Below, piece by piece: positions 47,670-58,700 of a stretch of DNA of 64,000 nucleotides. The DNA lies in the IMG/VR virus record IMGVR_UViG_3300029915_000003; one strand, 5' to 3'. The notes beneath the pieces are model-generated. The model was not told the DNA's origin. It saw only the letters and a program-made list of their open reading frames with translations, and did not search any database. Both the position numbers and the translations under genes were made by a program. The stretch comes from a virus. Position 1 is the stretch's first letter. The number at the start of each line of letters is the position of its first letter.

Positions 47670-50069
47670 ATGTTCTTTAAATGGCGGCAGAATGATACAG
47701 CCAATATAGCTGGGGAGCCCACCCTTCACAGTACCGTTCCCCTAGGAACGAATGGGTCTAGTCATAGTGAATATGTTATCATGCGTTCACCTAAGACCCA
47801 AGGCTATACTTTAGGTCATTTCTTTGGGCATGATCCAAAGCACGAATTACATATTTTAGGTAATAATCACAAAGACATACCTTCTGCTCAAACAGCGGCC
47901 GTAGAAGATCATAAGCTAAATATAGCCAATCCAAACCGTTACGACAAACCGGTACAAGGTGAGCTTTTTCATAAGGCTGAAGCTAAAGACAAAAAGGAAG
48001 CCCCGAAGAAGAAGGCTCCATCTAAAAAGAACAAAGAAGAATCCAAACCGAAGACTTCTAAGCCTAAGGCTAAAAAAGAAGCCGAAAAAGAAACCAAGGC
48101 CAAGGAAGAAGCTCAAAAAGAGATAATCAAACCTAAAGAGGAAGCCGCTACTGAAGCGGCTCCAAAGGCAAAAGCAACGCCTAAAACCAAGAAACCGGCT
48201 GGGGAAAAGAAACCCAAAGCCAAACAAGCCTTTTCTTGGTTAAACGAATCCAAAGGTAAATCTCCTGCGGCTTTAAAGGTTAAAACCAAAGGTCCAGCCT
48301 CTAAAAATGTAGTAGTGGACCCAAACAAAGCTCCTCCAAAACCAACCATACAAAATACACCTACCTCTTCTACTCCCAATTGGATGGAAAGTCCAAACGA
48401 TCCTTTCCTTCAGGCTCCCACTGGAAAGAACGTCCCTCCTCGTCCGCAAGTAGCTAAACCGGCACCAGCCGATACTACTCCCGAATGGATGATGTCTCCT
48501 GACTCTAAAGGGCAACTGCCAGCTAAAAAACCAGTTGAGCCATGGTTTAAATCACCAGATCCAAAAGACAAAAGCGCCCCAACTCCTTTACAACCACGAA
48601 GGGTATCACCCTCTAGCTTAAGAGTCAATCCAGCTACAGATCCAAACAGTAAACCTCCGGCCTGGATGGAATCACCGGAAGATCCTTGGGCTATGTCGGC
48701 TCCAACAGGACAAGTCCCAATCAAACACCCCGCAGTTACTCCTTCTGCTCCCCAGACCGGAGAAGAGTGGCTTAAACCTCCATATGCGTTACCTCCTCCC
48801 CCTCCGGCCGATCATGACGCTCCAGACGTAGCTCCTGTTGCACCTCAAAGCACTCCATCTGTAGAACAAAACCCAGTAGAGGTGGAGGGGTATGATTATT
48901 CCCATTTATTAAATCCAAAACACAAAGAAAACGGTGTTGATTTAAGAGTATTCCATGAACCGGGTGGACATAAGGCCGTAATAAGTCATCATGGCAAGCC
49001 AGTAAGCTACATGAAGGCCAAATTCAATCCAGAAGATGGCACAACTACCGCTGGAGCCATGAAACTAGATCCAAGATATGCTGGTTCTGGACATGACAAG
49101 ATCATGCAACAAGCTGTTTTTACTCATGGTTTGAGTAGACCAAAAACACCCCATACTGATATTAAACCATTTAAAATCAAACCAGGGGCTACTTTTGATT
49201 TAAATACAAATAATTATCAAACTCCTTCATCTAATAAAAAATTAATGAGTCAACAAGCTGAGCCTGCATATTCTGAGGATTATGTAGAGAAAAAAGAATC
49301 ATTAAATAAATCCCAATCTTATAGTGAAGCAATTACCAATCAGGAGAACGCCTTGGAAGATCCTAAAGTAAATATCAACGAAATCAAGCAGGCTCTATAT
49401 AAAGCAGCCAAAGAAGAAATAGCTAATTACACCGTACAGCTAGAAAAACTGCGTAAGGCTGCTATGGATGGCGGGGCTATGGCCCCTGGAATGATGGCGG
49501 ATCCTGGAACTATGAATATGAATGAAAAATCCATGGAAAAGGTAGCCCCTCCTGGATTTGACGAAGCAACAATGCATAAGCTAAAAGCCAAATATGGGGT
49601 AGAGTCAGCTTTTAAAATTGCTTGGGCTGCTCACAACAAGAAAGACAATAAAAAGGATATGAGCAAGGATGAAGACTCTGTGTCCGGCTCAACCTTTCCC
49701 AAGGTAACTGGTATTGATGCGATCGATGCGGATACCGGTGGTGGTGAAGCTCCTGGAAAATCCAAGGAAATTAGTGCTTCTGGAGCGGGAGGATCTGTTA
49801 AGCCCTCAGTTCTTAAATCAGCCAAAGGTTTAATCAAAAACATCAAGAAGGGGATGGGTGGTGGACTAAAACCCCCAATGGCCCACGCTGGAAGTCCAAC
49901 TATTCCCTCCATGGGTGGTGGAATGGGCAAAGATGAAAAATCTATGGGTAAAACCCAAGAACCATCCGGCACAATTCCTGAAAAAACAATATCAGCTAAT
50001 GGCGAAAAGTCATGGAGCAAGGGAGCGGTAATTAAGAATTTAGCTTCTGCTCCAATTAAATCTGAATAA
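47670..50069 (+). CDS. Large low-complexity late polyprotein (probable internal head protein) with a GNAT-like segment
   Basis: K/A/P-rich; about 10 [LMF]xK|[SAGD]-type sites; LDPRYAGSG resembles GNAT motif A. Confidence 0.6.
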   Translation: MFFKWRQNDTANIAGEPTLHSTVPLGTNGSSHSEYVIMRSPKTQGYTLGHFFGHDPKHELHILGNNHKDIPSAQTAAVEDHKLNIANPNRYDKPVQGELFHKAEAKDKKEAPKKKAPSKKNKEESKPKTSKPKAKKEAEKETKAKEEAQKEIIKPKEEAATEAAPKAKATPKTKKPAGEKKPKAKQAFSWLNESKGKSPAALKVKTKGPASKNVVVDPNKAPPKPTIQNTPTSSTPNWMESPNDPFLQAPTGKNVPPRPQVAKPAPADTTPEWMMSPDSKGQLPAKKPVEPWFKSPDPKDKSAPTPLQPRRVSPSSLRVNPATDPNSKPPAWMESPEDPWAMSAPTGQVPIKHPAVTPSAPQTGEEWLKPPYALPPPPPADHDAPDVAPVAPQSTPSVEQNPVEVEGYDYSHLLNPKHKENGVDLRVFHEPGGHKAVISHHGKPVSYMKAKFNPEDGTTTAGAMKLDPRYAGSGHDKIMQQAVFTHGLSRPKTPHTDIKPFKIKPGATFDLNTNNYQTPSSNKKLMSQQAEPAYSEDYVEKKESLNKSQSYSEAITNQENALEDPKVNINEIKQALYKAAKEEIANYTVQLEKLRKAAMDGGAMAPGMMADPGTMNMNEKSMEKVAPPGFDEATMHKLKAKYGVESAFKIAWAAHNKKDNKKDMSKDEDSVSGSTFPKVTGIDAIDADTGGGEAPGKSKEISASGAGGSVKPSVLKSAKGLIKNIKKGMGGGLKPPMAHAGSPTIPSMGGGMGKDEKSMGKTQEPSGTIPEKTISANGEKSWSKGAVIKNLASAPIKSE

Positions 50070-50100
50070 ATAGCAATCTTTAGAACGAGGATAAACAATT

Positions 50101-52602
50101 ATGGCTCAATCAATTAATTTCGCAAATCAAACAATCACCATTCCTGGCGGCTACGCGCAATACAACGTGCAGAATGTAGCTAATGGTTTAGCCTCAAGTG
50201 GTATTATTACGCTTGTTGGCGAATCAGAGATTGGTCCCTCATGGAATCTAGAAGCCGATCTAGACCTAAATATCTTTGGACCAGACCAATTAGCAGATGC
50301 TATTGCCAAGTATGGAGATGGTCGTCTAACCGACGCTATGCGTCAAGGAATCGGTCCATGCCTAGATCCAGCCATTACCGGCTCACCTTCTGGTTTTATT
50401 CTGGTAAAGACCAATGCAGGAACCCAAGCTTCCCTAGTAATTGCCGACCAAGTTAGCGGCAATTACGGTACTTTGTTTAGTCAAAACTACGGGGCTCAAT
50501 TCAACAGCCTTTTTAATACCATTTCAGACTCAGTATCAGAAATAGTGCCTGGATTTACAGCTACTTATATTCCTCCTCAGACCGCTTTCGGTTTAGGCAT
50601 TCGCGTAGATGGTGGCTCCTCATCCGCCATTACGGTTGCCAATTCACCCGAACTACCAGCGGCTGTAGTTTCGGCTCTAAATGGTGTAAGTGGCATTACC
50701 GCTACGGGGGGTGTGGCTCAAACACTTCTATCTGGTGGAACCACGGTATCCGGTGTTGTTAATAGCGGTACTGGTTTCGGCACTTCTGTAACTTTCTCCA
50801 TTCCCGGTTCGTATCCCACCCCATCGGTAGGAGATACTCTTTTGATGCTAACGAATACCTTGACGGCTAGCTGGAAGGGAGCCTATTCAGTAACCGGTAC
50901 ATCTACTGGTACTATTACAGCCATTAAATTAGCTGATATTGGTGGAACTTCTGGTGTAGTTACTACTCCTACCGGAACTCCATCTGCAAGTCTAACAAGT
51001 TCAGACATGGAAACGTACACAGCCATTAATGTTGTTACCTCTTCAACTCTAATCGATGGTTTGGGCAAATCACTAGAAATACTACAAACTAGTGGCTCTG
51101 CTGCTGAAACCCTATTCTACGTTCCCGGAACTGCGGTTCCAAGTGGAGTTATTGCTACCTCTACCACTCCTGAATTAAACGTTTCAGCGGCTGAACGTGT
51201 CGTTGGTATGTCCATCCTCAATGCGGCCACCAATAATGCTTATAATTTCACTGCCGGTGGACAAGTTGTATTAGAAGTTGGTTATTACACCGCTGCGACA
51301 GCTACAATGACCATTGGTGTGGTTAATGGAGTTCCCAGCTTCTCAACTACAGTAAGCGGTGGAGCCGGAGCCAGCATTGCCACAACCCCTCTAAGCCAAT
51401 TCTCCACTGTAGGAGCTATGGCTACCTGGATTAGCAGCAAACTAGGCTATTACGCCGTTCCTTTTAACGCTACTATTGGTTTAATGCCTACTTCTTCTTT
51501 GGACTATGGTACGTTTGGTATTGCTACCAGCCAAAATACAGCCAGCAAAGCTACTGTAGGTCCGGGTAGGATAAAGTCAGATGCGACTTCGTTCTTCAAC
51601 GCTCTAAGTGCTTCTGGAACAGAACAACTAAACAGTCCTGCCGCTAGGGCCAGTTCTGGTCTACCAGCCAATATCACCAGTGTACCATTGGCCGGGGGAA
51701 CCTTGGGTGGAACTACTGAAGCTCAATTCCAAGCTGCTATCGATGCTTGCCAATCTGTTACAACCAACTTCATCGTTCCTCTTATAAGCCAAAACGCCTC
51801 TTTGGATATCGCCAGTGGATTAACCGATCCTTCTTCGACATACCAAATCGATGCGGTTAACTCATACGTATTAAAGCACTGCAACTTCATGTTCGGTCCT
51901 CCCAATATGGGAAATCGTCAAGGGTTCCTCTCGAAGAGGGACACTCTAGCGAATTGTGAACAAGCTGCTGCCAACCTAAATAGCTCTTTGGTTAGTATGG
52001 CTTTCCAAGACATTAAAATCGTAGAAGCTAACGGTATAGTTCAAGAACAACCTTGGGCTAATGCGGTTACAGCTGCGGCAATACAAGCGGCTGGATTCTA
52101 TCAAGGTATATTCTTCAAATCTATCGATGTCAGTGGTGCGGTTCAAGCGGCTGGAGATTTCAACCCCAAGAACCGTAGCCAATTAACTGCGGCTCTCAAG
52201 AGTGGATTATTGATTATACAACCTGTAAATGGTTTCCGCTATGTTTCAGACCAAACCACCTACGGTACGGATAACAATCCAATCTACAACTCAATCCAAG
52301 CGATTTATGCGGCCAACCTATGCGCTCTAACTCTAGCTCAACGTATGGAAACAGCCTATGTAGGTAAATCCCTAGCAGACACCAGTGCTTCCTTGGCTTT
52401 GGCTTCAATTGACCTAATTTGCCAAAATCTATTTAATGCTAAATTGATTGCGGCCAGCACTGGAGCGCCAAAGGGATACACTAACGCATCCGTAAGGATC
52501 GTTGGTCCTCAAATGATGGTTCAATTGGACTTATACGTCGCTACTTGTTTGTACTTTGTAACCATTAATTTCAACGTACAACAAATCGTCCAAAGCGCCT
52601 AA
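50101..52602 (+). CDS. Contractile tail sheath protein
   Basis: IPGGY..LVGESEIGP N-terminus, DQTTY..N..SI C-terminal sheath domain; followed by tube. Confidence 0.88.
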   Translation: MAQSINFANQTITIPGGYAQYNVQNVANGLASSGIITLVGESEIGPSWNLEADLDLNIFGPDQLADAIAKYGDGRLTDAMRQGIGPCLDPAITGSPSGFILVKTNAGTQASLVIADQVSGNYGTLFSQNYGAQFNSLFNTISDSVSEIVPGFTATYIPPQTAFGLGIRVDGGSSSAITVANSPELPAAVVSALNGVSGITATGGVAQTLLSGGTTVSGVVNSGTGFGTSVTFSIPGSYPTPSVGDTLLMLTNTLTASWKGAYSVTGTSTGTITAIKLADIGGTSGVVTTPTGTPSASLTSSDMETYTAINVVTSSTLIDGLGKSLEILQTSGSAAETLFYVPGTAVPSGVIATSTTPELNVSAAERVVGMSILNAATNNAYNFTAGGQVVLEVGYYTAATATMTIGVVNGVPSFSTTVSGGAGASIATTPLSQFSTVGAMATWISSKLGYYAVPFNATIGLMPTSSLDYGTFGIATSQNTASKATVGPGRIKSDATSFFNALSASGTEQLNSPAARASSGLPANITSVPLAGGTLGGTTEAQFQAAIDACQSVTTNFIVPLISQNASLDIASGLTDPSSTYQIDAVNSYVLKHCNFMFGPPNMGNRQGFLSKRDTLANCEQAAANLNSSLVSMAFQDIKIVEANGIVQEQPWANAVTAAAIQAAGFYQGIFFKSIDVSGAVQAAGDFNPKNRSQLTAALKSGLLIIQPVNGFRYVSDQTTYGTDNNPIYNSIQAIYAANLCALTLAQRMETAYVGKSLADTSASLALASIDLICQNLFNAKLIAASTGAPKGYTNASVRIVGPQMMVQLDLYVATCLYFVTINFNVQQIVQSA

Positions 52603-52646
52603 GTAATAGTAATTTTAAGCAATAAATAAGAAAATGGATATAAACT

Positions 52647-53192
52647 ATGGCTACTAATCTACCCCGTGCGAAAATTTGGTCTGGAGCCCGCGCACTTGTA
52701 TACGTAAATGCGGTTCCAAACGCAAATGGTTCAGCCTCACCCAGCCAGGGGGGTGGTACCGTTCAACCCACCACTGGAGACGGTCTAGTTCTAATTGGTC
52801 TATTCACTACCGTATCGTATAATTTCAGCTATATGGAGCAAGACATTGATATACTTGGTCGTTTCGGACCAGTACAAATTGAATACGTAGGGGCTACCAC
52901 CGTATCAGGTTCAGCCAGCGGATGGCGTGTAGTTGACAATGGTCCGATGGCTACCGGTTTGTTCCCTACGATGGATCAATTGCTAAATTATACCGATTTG
53001 GTATTCCAAATAGTTGATCGCCAAGACCCAACCAAAATCTTTTGCAATATTACTAATGTTAAGCCTTTAAATTACAGCTCCGGTACTGCCAATAAAACAG
53101 CCAGTACGTTCAGCTTGGATTTCAAGGGTCTAATACTAGAAGAGGACGGCGTTTCCAACGCTGAAATCAACGTACCCAGCTTGCCAATTTAA
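52647..53192 (+). CDS. Tail tube protein
   Basis: Immediately after sheath; SGARA..IG..ILG.F.P..I.Y pattern. Confidence 0.8.
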   Translation: MATNLPRAKIWSGARALVYVNAVPNANGSASPSQGGGTVQPTTGDGLVLIGLFTTVSYNFSYMEQDIDILGRFGPVQIEYVGATTVSGSASGWRVVDNGPMATGLFPTMDQLLNYTDLVFQIVDRQDPTKIFCNITNVKPLNYSSGTANKTASTFSLDFKGLILEEDGVSNAEINVPSLPI

Positions 53193-53228
53193 ATTAAGTA
53201 GGACTTGATTTTGCCCAAGGGGAACGGA

Positions 53229-53561
53229 ATGGCCACAAGTGAATTTGATACTAATCAAATCCTATCTGCTATCGATAGGGTTAATGAAAAGCTTGACAAT
53301 ATCAAGGATAGTCTTCATTCCGTTCAGTCCGACATGAATGGAAGGTTCAGTGGCTTAACTGAATGGAAAATATCCCAAGAAGACGCCATAGAAGATTTAA
53401 AAACCAATTTCAAAGCTCTTGATACGGCGCGTCAAGAAATGGAAAAAGAATTTGCCGCAAATAGGGCTAAGGATAAAATTGTTACCTTTATAGGTACCAC
53501 CATATTAACCCTAGCTGGTTCAGTGGCAACTCATATTTTTTTACATACAGTTACCAAGTAA
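53229..53561 (+). CDS. Holin/XhlA-like coiled-coil protein with C-terminal TM
   Basis: Coiled coil plus C-terminal hydrophobic segment. Confidence 0.5.
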   Translation: MATSEFDTNQILSAIDRVNEKLDNIKDSLHSVQSDMNGRFSGLTEWKISQEDAIEDLKTNFKALDTARQEMEKEFAANRAKDKIVTFIGTTILTLAGSVATHIFLHTVTK

Positions 53562-53599
53562 TACTTTGATTGCCATAGAAGTCCTAATTTTAGGACCAT

Positions 53600-54181
53600 A
53601 TGAACACTCAAATACTAACTGATGCCCTTAATTGGATTATAACCCATAAAACTGCAATAATCGCTGGAGCCTTAGCGGCCCTTCCGACCATTATTACGGC
53701 CCTGTCCAACTACCCCAAGGCGGCTGGATTAGAAGCTGTACTCAAAACAATTCTAAATATACTGTCTATTGCTACTCACAACGATAGTCCTGGTACATTG
53801 AAGCTCCCAGGAACGATGTCCAAGCCTCCGGCTGGGCAAACAGCCACACTCAGTGTGGGCAATGGAGCCAAAGTAGCCATAATCATAGCAATGCTACTTC
53901 CTTCTACCGGATGTACCTTCATGAAGTCAATCGCCAAGCCATCAGAACAATGTGGCATGGCCGAAGTTGTTCCAGTGGTAGGAGCTATTTCTGCTGGGGA
54001 TGAAGCTACGATTGTTGCTGATCTTGGAAACGCAGTCGAATGTGAAATAGGAGTTATCGTAAGCACTCTTCAAGGTAAAATCGATACTGCTACCGCTGCT
54101 GGCAAGGCGAATCCTTTAACCAAGACCGAACAAAAGTTACTACGGGTTGGTCAAGCATGGCTCAAAGCTCATAACAAATAA
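53600..54181 (+). CDS. Membrane protein with internal lipobox-like signal (lysis-related?)
   Basis: N-terminal hydrophobic segments; KVAIIIAMLLPSTGC. Confidence 0.5.
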   Translation: MNTQILTDALNWIITHKTAIIAGALAALPTIITALSNYPKAAGLEAVLKTILNILSIATHNDSPGTLKLPGTMSKPPAGQTATLSVGNGAKVAIIIAMLLPSTGCTFMKSIAKPSEQCGMAEVVPVVGAISAGDEATIVADLGNAVECEIGVIVSTLQGKIDTATAAGKANPLTKTEQKLLRVGQAWLKAHNK

Positions 54182-54207
54182 TTTAGTATTAATTAAAGGA
54201 ATAAAAA

Positions 54208-55365
54208 ATGGATAATTGGCTATTGGTAGCTTTATTTTCTGTAGGAAGCTGGGGGCTCAGCTTTCTTTTAATGAAGCTTTACGACAATAATATAAAATCT
54301 GAATTTAAAGCTACCGCCAAATCCATTAAAGATACGGCTGATAAGGTAACTAAGGATCTAGTTGCCATTTTAGAAGAAAAGGACAAAACCGTCAATGCTT
54401 TGGCACAGGGGATCTCTTCACTTAATAGCCACAAAGTTGTAATGGAAGGATTCAGCAAAGAAACAGCTGAAAAACTAGTAGCCATCGATATTGAACACCT
54501 TAATGTAAATGGAAGTATCCGACAAACAAACGATGTATTAAATAAACACAAAACATCGGTTCAAGACAGCTTTACGTCCATAAATAACAAATACGAGGAC
54601 TTAAGAAATCAATTAACAGGCTGTACTCAACACATGGAAATGATGACTAGGATTCAAGAACAAACAACCAAATCCCTAGAATCAGCCATTGCTAATTTAA
54701 ACGTAAATAAAGCTACGGTGCTTTCTTTAGATCAAACAAACAATGAAATAAATAAAATCAACCAAGAATTAGCCAAAATCAATAAGTTTGATGAGCTAAA
54801 AGAGTCTATTGTACGTACAGACATGGCTAAAGTCAACAACGAGAGGCTAACTGAGCTACAAGCCGCCCTATTAGACAACAAGAACCTACACACCCAGCTA
54901 GAAATATCCCTTAAAGAACAACTGGCTAATATTAAAGAATCTTTAATTGGTATTAACAGTGAAAAATCCAAACTAGAATTAGACATAATCAATAAGTTCA
55001 ATGAATTCAAAGCTAATTTAGATAAAGAGTCTATTATTAGATTTAATGATCTAAAGAAGGCCGTGGAAAATATTATACCTAATTCCGATACAGCAAATAT
55101 CGTTAAAACAGCCATAGAAGAAGTAGACGCCCTAAAAGATGAAACAATACAAGAATCTATAGTTAAAGCTAAACAAAACCATGAAGCTTATATAGAAGAG
55201 CGTAAAAGCCGTAGGGCTGCTAATCATGAAAATGATCCTAAAACCTTAGAATTTCATCCAGACCAAAAAATAAAAGCCTTAGCCCAAAGAGTCCAAAGAG
55301 ATTTAACCCAAAAAGGATACAAAGTAACACTAGAAAAAATAATCAGTATGGTTAAGGGGAGCTAA
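54208..55365 (+). CDS. N-terminally anchored long coiled-coil protein
   Basis: TM segment in the first ~25 aa followed by heptad repeats. Confidence 0.65.
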   Translation: MDNWLLVALFSVGSWGLSFLLMKLYDNNIKSEFKATAKSIKDTADKVTKDLVAILEEKDKTVNALAQGISSLNSHKVVMEGFSKETAEKLVAIDIEHLNVNGSIRQTNDVLNKHKTSVQDSFTSINNKYEDLRNQLTGCTQHMEMMTRIQEQTTKSLESAIANLNVNKATVLSLDQTNNEINKINQELAKINKFDELKESIVRTDMAKVNNERLTELQAALLDNKNLHTQLEISLKEQLANIKESLIGINSEKSKLELDIINKFNEFKANLDKESIIRFNDLKKAVENIIPNSDTANIVKTAIEEVDALKDETIQESIVKAKQNHEAYIEERKSRRAANHENDPKTLEFHPDQKIKALAQRVQRDLTQKGYKVTLEKIISMVKGS

Positions 55366-55369
55366 CCAA

Positions 55370-55711
55370 ATGAATGTATTCACTCCGGTTCCATTTGGAC
55401 CAACATACAACGTATCTACCTTAACTCCATTGATAGGTAATTTTCTTATTAGTGGCTATGATACAGTTATAATTACAATCCAAAACCTAGATTCAACTCA
55501 TACGGTAACTCTAGTGGTAGATCCTAGTACTTCTGGGGTCGTATTCAATACAACCCAGCGCCAGCAAAGTTATGCATTGCCGTTAGAGGAAGGGTCGGTG
55601 ACTATCCAAACTTCTGCATATCAATATATAAGAGTTTCAGCTCAAACAGACGGTCCATCTTACCCTACCGTTCAAGTAAAGTTTCAAATTAATGGTAGTA
55701 AGGATATATAA
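55370..55711 (+). CDS. Small beta-sandwich protein (possibly structural)
   Basis: YQYIRV jelly-roll-like motif. Confidence 0.55.
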   Translation: MNVFTPVPFGPTYNVSTLTPLIGNFLISGYDTVIITIQNLDSTHTVTLVVDPSTSGVVFNTTQRQQSYALPLEEGSVTIQTSAYQYIRVSAQTDGPSYPTVQVKFQINGSKDI

Positions 55712-58700
55712 TGAAACGATTTTTCCTACTTATAATTCTAGTGAGTTTTGGTTCTTTAGCCAATGTAAGCGACCCAGCCGTAACAGCTCCGGTTGGTAGG
55801 GCTACCCCTTCGGCCCTGTCTGTTCAAGGTCAAGCCGGAATGATTCCTATAGCTGTTACTTGCTCTAATTGTGGTTCAGGGGGTGGCTCTGGAGGAGGTT
55901 CGGGTGGAGGCAGCGGTGGTTCGGGTGGAGATGTAAACATTATAGAGGTTGGAGGCGCAGCTGTTTCTTTGGGTTCTAAAACTTCTGTTAATAGCTTTCC
56001 TGTAGTAATAGCTTCAGATCAGGGGGATGTGCCTGTTTCTGCTGTTTCTTTGCCACTACCTACCGGCGCGGCAACTTCTGCCAATCAAACCAGTGAAATA
56101 ACCGTACTGGAAGCAATTTCAGCTCAATTACCCGCCTCACTAGATGGATCTGGAGATCTAAAGGTACATGAACAAGGCATAGCAAATGTAGATATTACCA
56201 ACTCAAGCATTCCCGTGACGCAAAGCGGTTCCTGGACCGTTACAGCTAATGCCGGTACTAACCTAAATACATCCCTGTTGGCCTTGGATACGTCTGTAAA
56301 TGGTATTTTGGTAGCCCAAGCATCTACTACCTCTGGAGAAAAGGGACCGCTAGTTCAGGCTGCGGTAACAACATCCGCCCCAACCTATTCCAATGGGCAA
56401 ACAAGTCCATTATCTTTGGATTCTACTGGTAGCTTACGTGTAAACGTAACGGCTGGTGGAGGAGCCAACGCTTCTATAGGTACAATTGGCGCTACTTTGC
56501 CTGGATCTGCTACCACTGTAGGTTTCAAGGACGGCTCAGGTAATTTGCAAGCGTTTATTGGAGACACCACAAATGGCATTAAAGTACAATTACCTACTGG
56601 TTTTGCTACTTCTGCTTTGCAAACAACAGGAAATGCCACATTGGTTACCATAAATTCAACACTTGGAACCCCTATGCAACAAACAGGTGGTAGCGTTACT
56701 GCTAATGCCGGTACCAACCTAAACACATCCCTATTGTCTTTGGATACTTCAGTTAATGGTATATTGGTAGCTCAAGGTTCAACGACTTCTGGAGAAAAAG
56801 GACCATTAGTTCAAGCTGCGGTAAACACAGCTGCTCCTGTTTATTTAGACGGTCAAACAAGCGCCCTGTCCTTAGATACTACCGGTAGCTTACGTGTAAA
56901 CGTAACGGCTGGTGGAGGAGCCAACGCTTCTATAGGTACAATTGGAAGCGCAATACCATCTTCTGCTACCACTGTTGGATTTAAAGATGGTTCTGGCAAT
57001 CTACAAGCTTTCATTGGTGATACAACAAACGGTATTAAAGTACAATTACCCGGTGGTAGCGTTACTGCTAATGCTGGTACTAACTTAAATACATCCTTAT
57101 TAGCTTTAGATACTTCAGTTAATGGTATTTTAGCTACTCAAGGCTCTACCACCGCTGGAGAAAAGGGTTCCCTGATGATGGGAGCGGTTACCACGTCCGC
57201 TCCATCGTACTCCAATGGGCAGACAAATCCATTCTCTTTGGACGCTGCTGGTAATTTAAGGGTCAACGTAGTGAGCGGAGGTGGTTCTAATGCTTCGGTT
57301 GGTTTAACCGGTACAACGGCTCCTACTTCAGCGACAGAAATGGGTATGATCACCAGTGGTAACTTAGTTGGTATTACAAGTGGTCAAACAACCATGACGA
57401 ATAGCCTTCCAGTGGTAATAGCGTCGGACCAATCTACAATTACGGTACAAGGCGCTGGAACTGGATTAGCTCAATCGGGAGGAGTGTTGTTGACTCAGCC
57501 GACCCAAGCAAAAACAGCCTCTACCGTATTTAACGCATTAAGTCAAACACTTGTTATCCCTTTGGCTGGCTCTCAAGGGGCTGTATTCCAGCTGACAGCT
57601 ATTTCAGCGGGTACTATGACTGCTGTAGTGGATGCCAGCTGGGACAACGGAACTACGTGGACTAGCTCAGGTTACCAATTCGAAGGAGTATTGAGTTCTG
57701 CTACATTTGCATCCTTAGCTGCAAATACAGGTACAAACGCACTAGACGCTTACATGTTGATCCCAAACAACTCAACCTTTACAGCCAATGCTCCCGCCTA
57801 CACCCCTACCCATTTGAGGATTAGGGTTTCAGCCTATTCATCTGGCTCCATTACAGGAACCCTTACTGCTATACCTGTTAATGCAAATCCAAGCACGGGA
57901 GCTATTAACGGCACATACAACCTTCCAGGTGCCGCCACCCTAAACGGTGTAGATATCGGTAACGGTTCAATGGGACCCGTTTGGGGTGCAACTGTCAACT
58001 CATTAGCTCCTCAAGTCGGTATGGAAGTATTGACAGGTGTTGCTACGTCGGCTATCAGGGCTGCAACCTCAGGAAATATGGTCATGCCTAGCATCGATAA
58101 TGCCAACGGAGATGCTTTTGTCGAAATTGCGAGCGGTGTAACAAAAGCGGCTGTAGTTACAAACAATACCACCGCCGTTGGTATTGGTTTGGAAGTGCTA
58201 GATCACGTAGCTGAAACACTAGGAAGCACTGCGTCATATTCAACCGGAAATAGCGTGGCCGCAGCTGTGGACCTTTCGGGTCGTACATATATAGTAGGGC
58301 AGATAGCAGATAACACCGCTGCCGCTGGCAATCCTGTAGCCATTGCAGCCAAGGGCGTAGCCGATGGCGCTGCTCCTTCAGCCGTATCTGCCGGTAGCAC
58401 TGGTTATCCAATTATGTCACTCGATCGTCGTCTTTATGTGGATACCACTCATCCTAATTTTTTCTCTTACAACATGAGCGGACAAACGACAAATACTCAA
58501 TTAGTTGGTTTATCTGGTGCTAGCGTTTCATATTATATTGATTCTGTTACGTTTTCGACTAGCGCTGCTACAAACATGTCTTTGGTTAGTAGCACTACAG
58601 CTGGTACGGCTTGCGTTTCAACACCAACAATTGTTGTTCCTACTATATACCTAAACTCGGGTGGGGCTGGTGCCACCATGACTTTCCCAAGTCCCATCAA

